Assembly: GCA_000934665.2 (NCBI GenBank)
Contig: JYFJ02004105.1
Coordinates: forward strand, 1 to 35,157
Direction: 5' to 3'
DNA length: 35,157 nt
Source of the DNA: Catajapyx aquilonaris
Lineage: Eukaryota
Made by a program: the position numbers and the translations under genes
Part shown: positions 1-12,610 of the stretch, one piece after another
How positions within the stretch are numbered: position 1 is the first letter of the stretch
How the letters are laid out: every line of letters begins with the position of its first letter
The notes under the pieces: model-generated
What the model saw: only the letters and a program-made list of their open reading frames with translations
What the model was told of the DNA's origin: nothing
Database searches by the model: none

Positions 1-2246
1 GATACAGTATATTGGCATTCTGAGTCAGCTCGGTGGAAACAGCGCAGTTTCGCTGTATAAGCCTAGGACTAATCAGTGTTACTGTAACATGATCTGAGGA
101 GTAGTGCTCAAATCTTCATCTGCATCATCGTGTGTACATAGTCTGCCGAAGACCTGCTGTTTATAGGCAGTCATGTGCAGTGTACAGTGCATGTTAATGA
201 AGTTTCCCGGCGAATTTCTGCGAACATCAAAGGAACCCGAGACAAATATTTGACAGATTAGTACCGGATGTTATGCATCGACAATTTGAAGCTGAGTGAG
301 GCCTGTTAGTGAAACGACAGCAATATGAATATTGCAAAATGGATATGAAGACCTGAAATGAAAAGCAATTCGAGTCACATTGCGCATATTTTGATATGTG
401 AAGGTTTGAAGTGTCAAGATTACATTATCCCTATAGGCCGAGTTGCAAGACCTGTTTTGTCGCGAACTGCAACAATTTTTTGTAATGATATAGATAAAGA
501 CGTGAAATCAAGTTTTGTCCTATCAATGACAAATTTCGCGCCTTAATTCTACATTTTACATAATTCACATTATTACGGTACAATACAGCACGGACACTAA
601 TAGAAATTGATGGGAGTGTCCGCAATAATATTTTGCCTATAGTACCAATAAATACTCTAAAAGAGCTGCCTTTCATGGACAGCAACTCTACATCCCTGTC
701 GTTCTAGTCAAATTCTCCAGAGACATCCATCCATTTCTCTATGCCAAAGTAGACTTTCCAGTACATATTTCGCGACAGCTGTGGCTTGTGTGGGCAGCCG
801 TAAAAATAATTTAAGTCACTAAAAACCTGCCACGATGCCATTACCAAGTACGAAGCACGACATACCAATTTTAATTTTCTCCCACCATAAATAAGCAGAC
901 GATAGATACCCCCGACACCAGCACTACGACTTTCCACATTTTTCACGACACCCTCGCCACACCTAACCGACATGAACACCCCACCCTCCAGCCACACGAT
1001 GTGGGATATCCTCACCCGCCTTCCCCCTTCAAAATGCGGATACCTCGCGTGCCGTACCTCCGTAAAAAAATGTCCCAAGTTGTGCGTGGCGTCAGCAGGG
1101 AAAATGCCAACTTGGGCTGCATAATCAGAGAGAATTGGCCTTCCATTTGGAATGAAAATGAGAGTCCCGCGCTGACATTCCCCTCACCGCGAGATGGCCT
1201 CGTCGCCATGGCGACACAGGGAGTAGGGGGGAGGAGAGGGGGATTCCCCCCTACCCAGAAGCAGGCCATTTGAATGGAGGAAATAAGGCGGCAGTTCTCG
1301 AGGCCGCCGTTGCAGGCCGTTCCGGACACCTGTGGAAACTTCCCCGGAACACACCCCACATTATACCTAAGCCTCCCCCCCCCCTCACCACCCCTCTTAT
1401 TTTACGAAGGGCTTTTATTAGAAAGACGCGGCGACATCCCTCAGATACGAAATAGGGCCGTCTATTACTGCGGAACTGCTGGAATTTGTACATAGACAAA
1501 TGCTGTCACCAGTTACCATTTATATATTTACTTGCACTTTCGGTTCATGGTTTGGGCTGTACAAACAAGTCTTGTGAGTTTACGGAGGTCAAACATTGTT
1601 TTTAAACTACTGTGTAGAGAGAGCTGGGGACCTAGAAGCAATGGGCTTGTTTGCAATGGTTTATTCGTTAATTATTATTTTTAGGGATAATACTGGCTGG
1701 CTTTACAATGGGGAATCGAATACCACTGTCATAACCTCACAATGATCAGTGATCGACATTTTAATAAAAAGTTACATTGACTCTACATATACAATTTCGA
1801 ATGAATGAGCAACATAAGGATTGCAAATTTTAAACAGTGCTGGCATATATGATTATGAGGTGAATTATGCAGGGTGATGATAATGAATTAGCGTTTTTTT
1901 GGCAGTAACTGTTAATTTTAAGCTAGTACTTAAGTTGGCCCGAAGACGGATAAAGTATCGCATTTGACAGTTTGGAGGCCTATAGATATAAGAATATATT
2001 ACTCCACATCTCTGCTGCTTATTCTTCATGTAGCGAACACTTCCTGCACTGCACCATAAATATTTTGCAATTTTCATAGCCACAGCTCGCAGGCTTCAGA
2101 CAGCTTCAGTTAACACCCCTCGTACAGAGCGAAACAGTATACAGTGCACTTGTAACGCAATAATTGACAAAATGCTCTTGTCATTATATAGCTCTCATCA
2201 CATTATGCATACATTGAAACACTCGCATCCATAATGTTGTTTGTCG

Positions 2247-2249
<3 letters not shown>

Positions 2250-2321
<72 letters not shown>
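2250..2321. repeat. (TAA)9 immediately followed by (TTA)15 microsatellite (self-complementary)
   Basis: Read directly from the sequence; it produces the poly-Ile ORFs on both strands. Confidence 0.97.
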
Positions 2322-2322
<1 letters not shown>

Positions 2323-5300
2323 GTCACGTTCGGAACTTACAATGTTTCGCAGGAATGTAGGGCAGTTCCCCAATTGCCTCCTACTATGCAATCACATTAC
2401 CCTGATTATCAGCTGGTCATTAAAAAATCCGCGAATTCGATCACGTTTAACTCATCTACCCGAATAACATTATCGCATTTAATCCCACCCTGGATAAGAG
2501 CCGGTTTTAATGGCATTGTTGGGCCCTATTTTTTCCCTCCTCTAAAAATTACGGCCTAAATGTAATCAACCCCTCCCACCACTCATCAACCCACACCCTT
2601 TTTGGAATTCAAATCAAGGTCTAGCTAATTCATGTAGAAAATCTCCTCAAAGGAGGATAAATTCCAGGAGCGTGAAAAAAAAGCCTCATACTGGACGCTA
2701 AATTGCGATTGATTAGGAAAAGAGATGGCCATAATCTGCTTATCTGCTTGTGTACCTCCTGTAGTCCAGTCGAGTGGAAATGATACTTTTCAACCNNNNN
2801 NCCCCCCCCCCCTCAGGAAATAATTGCCCATGCAGCCGAACCTCGTGTGGGCCATAAATACGACACACATGAACATATCTCCAAAAGAGAACAAGCTTTT
2901 GCACGCAAGAGCAAATGGCGATCAGTCGATAGTATCGTGTCACGATAGAGTGAAGGCTACAATTTTTACTAGCCATCTCTTGATTTATGGGTCCATTCTA
3001 GTGTTCGTAATAGATGGCAACGTACTGTCTATCCTTACGTGGTCTAATTACGTGCAGTGACACGATAGTGTCCAAGTCTTAGCTGCAAAGTTCAGGGCAT
3101 TTCCGAACCCATCTGCCAGCGCCATAAATGTCCGGATGGATTGGACCCTAGTGGTCATCAGATGGACCGCACTAAAGAAGAGAAGGAAGGCCCTGTCCGG
3201 TTCCGGATTCTGGCCTGGTGCCCATCCACACTGGATGCCCACTATCCTCACAGCAGCACTGTATGTTGACAGAACAAACGGTTGTGGGTACCAAGAACAT
3301 AGACCAGAACCAACACGGTTCCCCACCGCAGAAAATACTTATTTTGGCACAGCCGCAAATCTTGCAGTATAGCATAGGGTAAAATAGATCTGGGGGTTAA
3401 CTAAATATGGCGTCGTGGGGAAATTGGATCAAGAACGTCTTTCATGACCAACCAGATTTGGATATCGATCTTCTGCTGTGCACAGTCACAATGGTAGGGA
3501 AAATTACTCTTGGAAGCTACATTTATCACTGTTTTTTTATATCCACAAGCCTGGACTAGACGGTTTTTAACGGACATTTCAATATTCCACGGCAAACGAT
3601 ATTTTTTAAAGCGCATGCGGTTTTTTTTATAGTTATGTAAATATGTAGTCAAAAGTTATGCATTTTAATGCCCATAGGTAGGCAAAAAAAACAACTGATT
3701 TTTTTACACACCAACTGTATTGTACAGTCCAGCCCACTGATCTGTTCTACAGTATAATGTGTTGGTGGCTGGTTTATGAATAACAATGCAACCCACATTC
3801 TGCAAACCAGAATAAATGAAATCTAATATTAAAGTTATGTAAATTTTTTGTAAAAGGCTTCAGAAACTGACTTCCATCACTAGAGTGCTATAGTGGCGTA
3901 TGCGCATGGACCTACGTAGCTGGGGGATTATAATTATGCTCTTTGTATAATTCAGTCGTGTCTGGCCGGAGTAGCAGGCCGGTCTAATAAACGGTTGTTC
4001 CGTACCCGTTGTATTATTGGACCACGACCCTAAGTGACCTTGTGGTGTCAGAGGGATGACCTGAGGAGGTCAGCTCTCACAAAATTTATATTTTGGCACA
4101 TGTCCAAATAGTTTATTACAGGTTATAAATACTAGGCAACCACTTGCCAAAATTTGGCAATTGGGCAAAATTGCGAAAGTGGAGAGAGAGAGAGAGCGGA
4201 CCAGGCAGCGACATCCGCCGGTCAAGTGCCGAAGTAAGCGAGTCGCCACCCAGGAGGTCGCTCCGCGGCCGGAACGGCGTTTATGGGAATTCCGTGGAAT
4301 GGTCGCGGTGGGTTTTTTTTTTTAGGCGGTCGGCGTTTTTTGCGTTTTATAAATTCCCTGGACACTATTTCCCCCCCCCCCCCCAAAAAAGTTCATTGCA
4401 AATATAGAAAACGCGGGCTAAATTTTTACATAACTCCCAATGCTGTAGGCCGTACACAGCGGGAGGAATCGCCATCACAGTATGGTATTAATAATATAGA
4501 TTTCCACTGCATTCTGGGTTAGCCCATTGTTGCACAATTATTCTGTTTATTGTACTCGCAATTTTACATTTCAGAAAATTGTATCGATCCCCAAACTCAT
4601 CATTCATATCCAGTTAGTCTTGTGCCACTGTATACATCCGTAACACAACTAAACCTGACCTACTAGTCCACGACATGCTCCCGTAATTAGGGAATGTAAA
4701 CACACAAGTTGGACCTCCACATTACAGGACTGAAAAATTGCTTTTTTGACCATGTTTTTGCATTGAATCCGAGCCTCCATGCCCCTCCCACTTGATGTGT
4801 CCCTCTCTGGAACAACCATTTGCAGCAACCTCGACAAAAGCTAGCCTTCATTCCGGTGGATTGAGCAATGATACTGGTACACCAGACCACCCCTAGTGAC
4901 GGTCCTCCAGATTCAAGTCCCCCTTGTTTGCTAAAAAACCCCGTCTTTCCGAGTCAGCTCAAAAAATCACGTGTGACCAGCATCCACATCGTTTCACCTT
5001 TTTTTTCTCTCTCTCTCCAAGATGCTGCTGCCAGATAAGATCTATATCCTGAACGTTCTCTCCCTGAACCAAAGAAGAGTATAAAGATTGAGCCGAGATG
5101 CAAGCTTTCCCCCTCCGATGAGAATCTCCCTAATAACAATTTATCTTTCATATTTCAGGCCTCGGAGCATTAAATCTTGCCTTACGTGACACTCCCCGAT
5201 ATTAGTTGTCATTTCAATTTCCTTATGCAGGAGATAACATTGAAGCTTCTTATCCGATAAAAGTACTTATAAATCAAGCGATTTAGTATTCCAGGGGGTC

Positions 5301-5840
5301 CCGCCTTTTACTTAATGGGCTGAAAGCTGCTGCACTGTGCAATATAATGAAGGTGCAAAATTCTAGGATCATCCCGGTACTACGAAATTACAGGCTGGTT
5401 CCCTGCCCCCCCCCCCCNCCCCAAAATGAGGGAGGCATGATTGCGTGTCATTTTGTGTCGCCCATTAAGAAGCATGATTAATTTAATTACCAGGTAGGTG
5501 AGCATTAATCGTCAGGTAGCGGCAATTGAGCTGGGTGAGTGGCAACCGTCGTTTGTGTGACAGGAAAAGACTTCAGGAAAACACGCACATGTCCGGGGGG
5601 AGGGGGTAATAAAATTTTCCCTAGAGGTGCGGCTTCAAGGATTAGTAAAGCGTCGATAACTCAATTGGAGACGAAAGGAGTTATGATGATAACCGCCTTG
5701 TTGCCATACATACGAGAAAAACACACTAAGTGCCACCCCCCCAAAAAAGAACAACAGAAAACATGACAGACATGGAGACAGAAAATTCAGTCTTTCTGGC
5801 TTACTTCACCAGGCTATTAGTGGTGTAAATAACTAACTGT

Positions 5841-6061
5841 CCCGGGGCCGGCGACCCTGACCATGGTTTTCTGTGGTTTTCCATGGTCCCCCAGGACAAT
5901 TCCGGGGTCGTTTCCGTAAAAATAGTCCACAGCCGCTTCCTTCCTTCCCTATCCCCGGTCCCATCCAATGGTGGTAATCCACCCCCCTAAGGGAGCCAAG
6001 GGCTCTAGCACGGGGTATGATAAATAAATGCATATTAAAATAAATAAATTAAATAAATAAA
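5841..6061 (+). mobile_element. 5'-truncated tRNA-derived SINE (family S1)
   Basis: Starts at the end of the tRNA head (CCCGGGGCCGGCGACCCTGACC, compare 23681-23704). Body GGTTTTCTGTGGTTTTCCA...CCAGG...CCACAGCCGCTTCCTTCC matches the 23610 copy. Ends in a (TAAA)n tail. Flanking direct repeat AAATAACTAACTGT (5827-5840) / AAATAAATAACTGT (6055-6068). Confidence 0.85.
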
Positions 6062-8284
6062 TAACTGTGTGAGAACAGGCCTAACTGACCATCCGTTATA
6101 TTGTAAAAATAATAATCAAGATCAACACATTGAATGTTCAACCCAGTCCCTTTTTGTTGCAAATGGACCCCATGAAATCATAACGTGGCTCGTTATTTAT
6201 TCACGTAAACTTAACATCAAAATTGCCTTATTTGCCTCCGGACAATACCCTAAGTAGCTTGGACTTCATATTTAATCAGGGCTAGCCCTACCAAAACGTG
6301 GTTTCCCCCCTGTCACCCCCCTTCCATGTTTTCCCACCTTCAGGCTACTTGGCAACCCAGCTCGTTTCGTCCCCGCTGCTGAGGTGTGTACACACCTCAA
6401 TATTATGTGTGGTGTAACCAGCACGACCTGACAAACCCCCTAACCCTGCCCCACATTACCCGGAACCAGGCTGACATAATGACCCCCATGGATTGAATCG
6501 TATCGATTCACTGTGATTGAAAGCAATTGCGCAAGTAAGCCCACACCAATATGGCTGAAGGACAGGTGTAAGGCCTAGTCATGAGGTATATGTTTGGTTC
6601 TTCAAGGTAAAAGATTTATATGGAATCTAGTACAATGTTGTGATTTGTAGGGCCTATTTTTTCGTAGGTGAAATCTATCTGATTAGATTGTGGGTTGTTG
6701 GTTAAATGGGACTAGAGCTGCCATCTGTGGATGGAAGTTGGAAGCGTGGATCCATGGGATCTTATGGACGCGTTTCACTCGAGTTTGCTGCCACAGTAAT
6801 GTACTGTATACATTACAAACTGGACCACCCTTGAGTATGATCCAGCAAACTACGTTGGTATCACAAATAATTCATTTTGTCGACATAATACTAAAGCACT
6901 TTACATAGATGTACTTTAAAAAAATAATTCTGAAGCAAGTACTGCACTATGCAAATTACAAATCCGCAATTGAATGTGTCCCTAAATCCTGCTTGTCCGT
7001 CCATTACTGCAACTGGCCAAAACTCCCAAAATAAGCTACTTATTTCCCGCCGGCCACCCTGCAACAAGCGGAAAGACCCCTGAAGCGATGACCCCTAAGC
7101 CGGGCACTAATGTTGACCAACAAGGATGAGTGGTGGCCCAATAATAGTAATCAACTACCGCTCCCGGGGACCTACAAAAATCACATAAATTAGTTAGCAA
7201 AGTAGGTAGTGGCGGGGGGGGGGGGGNTTTCTAAAAGCTGCGTCCGTAGATGGGTGGGATGAGAGAGGGGAGGATGGGGAGAGGAGCGGAATAGTTGCTA
7301 TCCCATAAAGGTAGCAAATCGGCTCTCGTCTCGACATCTTTACGGGGCTTTAAAGCACGTGAGGCGGGGGATCTGCTCAACACCTACCTTAACAGGAAGA
7401 AAAACTCTAGAGAGCTGGGGTTGCTATGGCATCAAATGGGATGCCACATTCGGTTGCAATGTACTGTGACAAATAAGAAACCAATGGCATTCAGATCGAA
7501 TGTAATATACCTCACAAGGGCACACTTGACGTTCTTTTCCAGTACATTGTAACTTGGATATTCAACTCATATTTTCCAGTTACATAGAACGTAAGTGTGG
7601 CAATATTGCAACTGTCAGATCTTCCATATAAACACTGTTGGTACAGCAATTTTACACATTACTAATCCTGACTGTACTGGAGTCTGGCACACTTGACGGT
7701 CTTATTTGCACTAATCCGGGTGAAAAATTTCTGCAGGATATGAGACCCGCTGAATTCGCATTTAACTACGGCTCCTAGGGCACAGACTGGTATCTGTAGC
7801 AAAGTAGCTCTTATGATTTACCTACTAGAAGGCAGCTGTAAACATTTTGGGAAGGCCCTCTGTGTTACAAGTGGCTCCCCCTTTCCCATACCCATCTCCC
7901 CCTTGGCCACCATGATGAAGGAAAGTTAGTACAAGTTTGTAGGGCTCTTGGAGTAGTCTACTGTAATATCCGGGCCTACAGGCCTCTTCCCCCCCATAAA
8001 GGAAGCCTATTATCCCATCCAGTCCACAGCATCAATAGACCCATCTCCCAGTATCCCGGTAGAGATGATGAGATAAGCATTCCCATGAAATGACTAAACA
8101 ACTCCGTGAGCAATAAGTTACTTCCGTGTCGTAGACCTCGAGTTATGGTCGCAGCTGCACCGGGATAAAAACCGAGCTTCCGCGTCCAAAAGAATTAATG
8201 GAATGTGCCAGACCACATTTAAGCGGTTCAACTATATTGCGGCTTCCCTTATTTCGCTTTTGAGCTACCTTTTCAAATGTGGAT

Positions 8285-8342
8285 GGGTGACTCAAAATCA
8301 TAATTGTGCGGACATTTTGGGTCAATATTCTGACTCACCCTG
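8285..8342. mobile_element. Tiny degenerate Tc1/mariner-type MITE remnant
   Basis: GGGTGACTCAAAAT ... ATTCTGACTCACCCTG followed by TA. A similar end, ACTCACCCTGTA, occurs near 25020-25031. Confidence 0.4.
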
Positions 8343-8411
8343 TATAGGTCAGCCATATCTAGTAAGCCTTCTAAAGAAACATGGCAGTTGATGTCTAGTG
8401 TAGCCTATATA

Positions 8412-8639
8412 CAGGGCGTTCCAAATTCGTGGGTCGTTCTTTATAACTGATATCGCCAGAAAGTTGTTATTTTTCGTAGCTTGTGCCCCTTATATCACAC
8501 ACCAGGTGCCCCATTCTATAGAAACTGCTATATTCGACCCCCTGGGTGTAATGGGGAACCTGGCACAACAAGCTGCAAAAAATAACTACTATTGGGCGAT
8601 ATCAGTTATTGAAAAGGCCCACGAACTTGGAACACCCTG
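8412..8639. mobile_element. Tc1/mariner-type MITE, family B (complete, long imperfect palindrome)
   Basis: TA|CAGGGCGTTCCAAATTCGTGGG ... CCCACGAACTTGGAACACCCTG|TA. Arms are complementary over most of the length. Related copies at 15196-16187 and 19376-19473. Confidence 0.9.
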
Positions 8640-8733
8640 TATATTTGTTATATTTTAGTCATTATGTTAGTTCATATTCTTATAAAAAGAAAATATATAT
8701 AAATGTAACAAATAAGATTTAGGCATATCTGGG

Positions 8734-9012
8734 TTAACACTGAAAGTTACGGCAACCGTGACGTGGGGTCTTGCAGGACCCCATCCATATTTTAATTTTT
8801 ATTAATATTTATATAATACTTTTCAATGTATTGACTATATGCAATCATTCTTTGAACAACGCCTAAAATGATCGCTAATTCAAAATAAACATGCACTTCC
8901 TGTTATAAGTTATACTTTTTTAAATGGCGAAAGTTCATTGTAATTATCATTTTAATGCATTTTAATTCATTTAGGGGTTCTAAAAGATCCCACGTCACGG
9001 TTCCATGATTAA
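8734..9012. mobile_element. piggyBac-like MITE
   Basis: 29-bp inverted repeat 8754-8782 / 8974-9002 (AACCGTGACGTGGGGTCTTGCAGGACCCC versus reverse complement AACCGTGACGTGGGATCTTTTAGAACCCC, 4 mismatches). AT-rich interior. TTAA at 8734-8737 and 9009-9012, though spacing to the repeat differs on the two sides. Confidence 0.65.
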
Positions 9013-10528
9013 GTCGACACATAGCTACTTGTTAGATGCTGAAAATGTATCCAATTCTTGGCGTCCAAACCCATCATAACTTGTGGACAGAGCGATGGGA
9101 ATTTGTCAGGACATCCTCAAATGCTCCGTACTAATTTTGGTAAATCGTCTCTTCTGATTACACATTGCCCGGAGTATTCCAATATCCCGAGTATAACCCC
9201 TCCCCCCCCTCCAAAAAAAATCCCAATCCGGTATCTTTTTCGGCAAGGGCGAATTCCCTTATTCCGGGCCCCATGATGTCAGCCATCCTGATAACGTCGG
9301 AACCATGCCCAATTTCAACGCCGTAACGACTTGGCGGCAGGGCATAGAATATGGCGGAAATTTCACACTTGGCTTCCGTTGGCTCCAAAAACAAGAGGAT
9401 CAAGCCTGGAGTTTGCTCAAAGTGGGGTTGCCTGATACACACTTTTGCTAATCCAGTCACCATCCCTATATACCAACAAGACTCCGGAATAGTCATGAGC
9501 TAAATATACAGTTTGGCCATCCTTGACCTCCTAGCATTTGGAACGTGCAAAAAAAATAAAATTTACTCCGGTGGAAAAATTCTGGTCCCATTAGCGTTTG
9601 CCACGAAGCCACCAGTAGAATTTCCGAGACCATAATTCACGCGTGGTGATTAAAATGATTGCTAGACTTCCGTGCGTGCAATTAAGTCGCCAAAAAAGAA
9701 AAGTCATTAACCAGGGGATGCGATAGCACCCTGGTCTCATAATCACGAGAGGACATTATGTTTTTCAATCATTAACTCTCACGTTTGCCTCTACTACATT
9801 CTATGTCTTCAAAAATTTGAATACTATTTACTTATTGTTCCATAAGATGATCGAACATCAATGCTCCATATTGATTATCAATATTGTGCACTACCTACGC
9901 CTATAGGTCTAATAATAAATCAAATTGGCCAGTGGCTTTGCATCATGGGCTTGGATCACAGGTTCAAAAAAAAACTAGGATGAAGTTCAAACGGCACAAA
10001 ATTTTTGAAATATTTACACTCGAACTCTGAAAAATGAGCATGACGGAGTGCATATCTGCAATGACCAGTCTGTATATGCACCACAGCTCAGACCGAATAG
10101 AAAATGACTCAGCTGCTATGAAAATGATTACGACCTAAGTACAAATTAATTACGTCCCTTGAACATGGCCCGTTGCAATTCCACTCCTACCCTACACTAG
10201 ACCCTCTCATTTTTATTTTATTTTTTTTTGGTGGAAAATAGAGGCACATAAGGTCTTTTTATTCGCATATTCCGGGAGACGACGTGCACTCTTTGGGCGG
10301 CTGAGCTCCCATTTGTTTCCGCCATCACTCCTTATGACGTGCCTCCAACTTCCATAAATCCATATTAAAACATCACTAACGCTTCACCTGGCGCCACCTT
10401 TGCCGGGTAGAAAGTTTAAGTGTTTTTCCTTGTACCCTCTCATTCTCCGTCATGCTTAGGTGAAAACGCAAGCGGGACTAGTCCGACACATGGCAGCAGA
10501 AGCAAGCAGTCTAATGGCTGCTGCCTAT

Positions 10529-11033
10529 ATAACACCCGGATAGTGCCTAAGTCCTGCCCCCCCAAAAAATATTCATGCAAAAGTGAACGTGTAATTTCAA
10601 TATTTTGCGTGAAATTCAAAATTCAAAATTTTTCAGGAATATTAAAATTCAACATTTTTCAGGAATATTACAACTCAACATTTTTCAGGAATATTAAATT
10701 TTTCAGGAATATTAAATTTTTCAGAAATATTAAATTTTTCGGGAATATTAAAATTCAACATTTTTCAGGAATATGAAATTTTTCAGGATTATTAAAATTC
10801 AAAATTTCACTTGAAAATTGAAATTCAAAATTTGTCGTGAATACTAAAAATCAAACTTTTGCATGAAAACTATAGGTTAATTCAAATTTTTGCATACATC
10901 AAAAATGTGCAGGATTGGGTCTCGGAGCAGGGGATCAAATATTCCTGAACAAAATTTATTATCCCTGGCTCAATAATCCGTATGATTTTCACCCTTTGCA
11001 TGAAGTAGGACAGCAGGAATAACTCGGTATTAA
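10529..11033. mobile_element. Possible degenerate TIR element hosting the minisatellite
   Basis: TTCATGCAAAAGT (10572-10584) is the exact reverse complement of ACTTTTGCATGAA (10855-10867). A further related inverted copy lies near 10988-11018. Outer ends ATAA|CACC ... GGTA|TTAA are loosely piggyBac-like. Confidence 0.35.
10612..10860. repeat. AT-rich minisatellite, 18-bp unit TTTTTCAGGAATATTAAA with 26-bp variants carrying ATTCAACA
   Basis: Tandem units visible at 10628-10795, decaying on both sides. Confidence 0.9.
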
Positions 11034-12454
11034 TAACGTTAGTGGATGCTAATTCAACCGTTCATATCAGTCTGTAACTGCTTGTCATAAAGTTGTACTT
11101 GTAATACCCCTGGAGCCTATTAGGGGAAAAGCTGGTGATGGAACTTTTCCCACGATATTTTGTCAGACGCACGTTTTGGGGGAATTTACGTTCAGCATTT
11201 CACTTCGAAACATATGGTTCTGAAAACCCGGAAAGGGGATGGAAAACAAGCTTAGTGACAGGTAACAAATGCCTGATGCATCAGAAAATAACTACTAAAA
11301 TAACAACATAATTTAATTAATAGTTAAAAAGTTTATAATACGGCTTGAAGTTTGATACAAAAAAAGTGTCTCCAAAATGATGTCAACAGACTTCCCCGTA
11401 ATCCTATATGAACTTCTCCTGTACATGTCCCCTGTGCAACGATATCACTCGAGGCAGCCTCTCTTCACTACGTAAAATTAGAAGAAAAATTTTAATCTCC
11501 AATCCCTTTACAGACCCCCGGATAAAAAAGGCCGTGCCATTAGCAAATTAGTTACCTAAGGCGGGGCTTTTAAAACAAACACACAAAGGAAGGTAACGGT
11601 TTCACGATTGTAGTGTGCTATACAAAATTTAATAAGCGTATTATTAAGCTGCAGGCAGACTTCTGGTGCAGTTATAGATTTTAAAAAAAAACAGCTTGTT
11701 CTAGTCTTCTAGAATATAGGCCAATTTTGCTGTATTTTTTCTCGTTTCTGCTACCCCGGGGATTATACTTCCTGTAGCATATTTTTTTCCATAAAAAATC
11801 TTGTTCATAAAGCGCTCAGTAATTTTCAGGTCCACTACACTGTACTTCAATAACCCACGTATATTGGCACAATTAATCGTGTGATAGAATGTTATACCCT
11901 TTGTCCATTTTTTGGAGGGGGGGATGGGGGGTCCGCTCTTAAATATGAAGTACCAGAGTCTTCCTTGATGGTAAGTCATAAAACCGCGCGTAAAACAAGG
12001 CAGCCAGGAAAAATCAAGTGGAAATGAACGCGAATGATCCGAAGCGATCTGTCCCCATCTCAATTTCATCCCTCTTCCACCCCCGCCTTTCCCCCATCCC
12101 CCTCTCCACTTTCATCCCCCCCCCCCTCCCCAACCTGCAGTTCATCATCTCGACGAAAATTCCTCTCCCGATGGAAATTCCGCTCTCAACCGTTGATAGA
12201 GACCCATTTTAGCCCATGACCCTATTTGGGGCCATTTAAACCAGAATTCCAAATATTTCATTCCAAGTACCGAGAACAGAATGGTTGAAATTGGTGCGCA
12301 TGAGCGTGGACCCCTACAATACCCATACAATTTATCAAATCAACCACGTGTGGTTAACAAGGCATATAATGGTCCCAGTGTAGCTTATAGTAACTTATAG
12401 TCGGCAGTCGGCCTATAGGAAAAGACTGGACAGGATTTCTGGGATTTTGGAGTT

Positions 12455-12610
12455 AGCCGCTTCTTTCCTTCCCTATCCTTGGCCCCATCCATGTGTGAGG
12501 AAGATTTCAGAAAGATTGAGTGGTAAAATGGTGGTACTCCACCCCCTTAATGGAGCGCCGATTCTCCCAACGGGGTAAATATAAATCCATATAAATCAAA
12601 TCAAATAAAA
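12455..12610 (+). mobile_element. 3' fragment of tRNA-derived SINE
   Basis: AGCCGCTTCTTTCCTTCCCTATCC body end, shared tail AAAATGGTGGTACTCCACCCCC...CGGGGTA, and A-rich end. Possible TSD CTATAGGA at 12413-12420 and 12611-12618. Confidence 0.8.

Noticed and set aside
704..1499. GC-rich region with overlapping ORFs
   Set aside because: ORFs on both strands without recognisable domains, explained by base composition.
2203..2467. Poly-Ile/poly-Leu and (YLSI)n ORFs (also 19559-20052, 33402-33818)
   Set aside because: Microsatellite translations.
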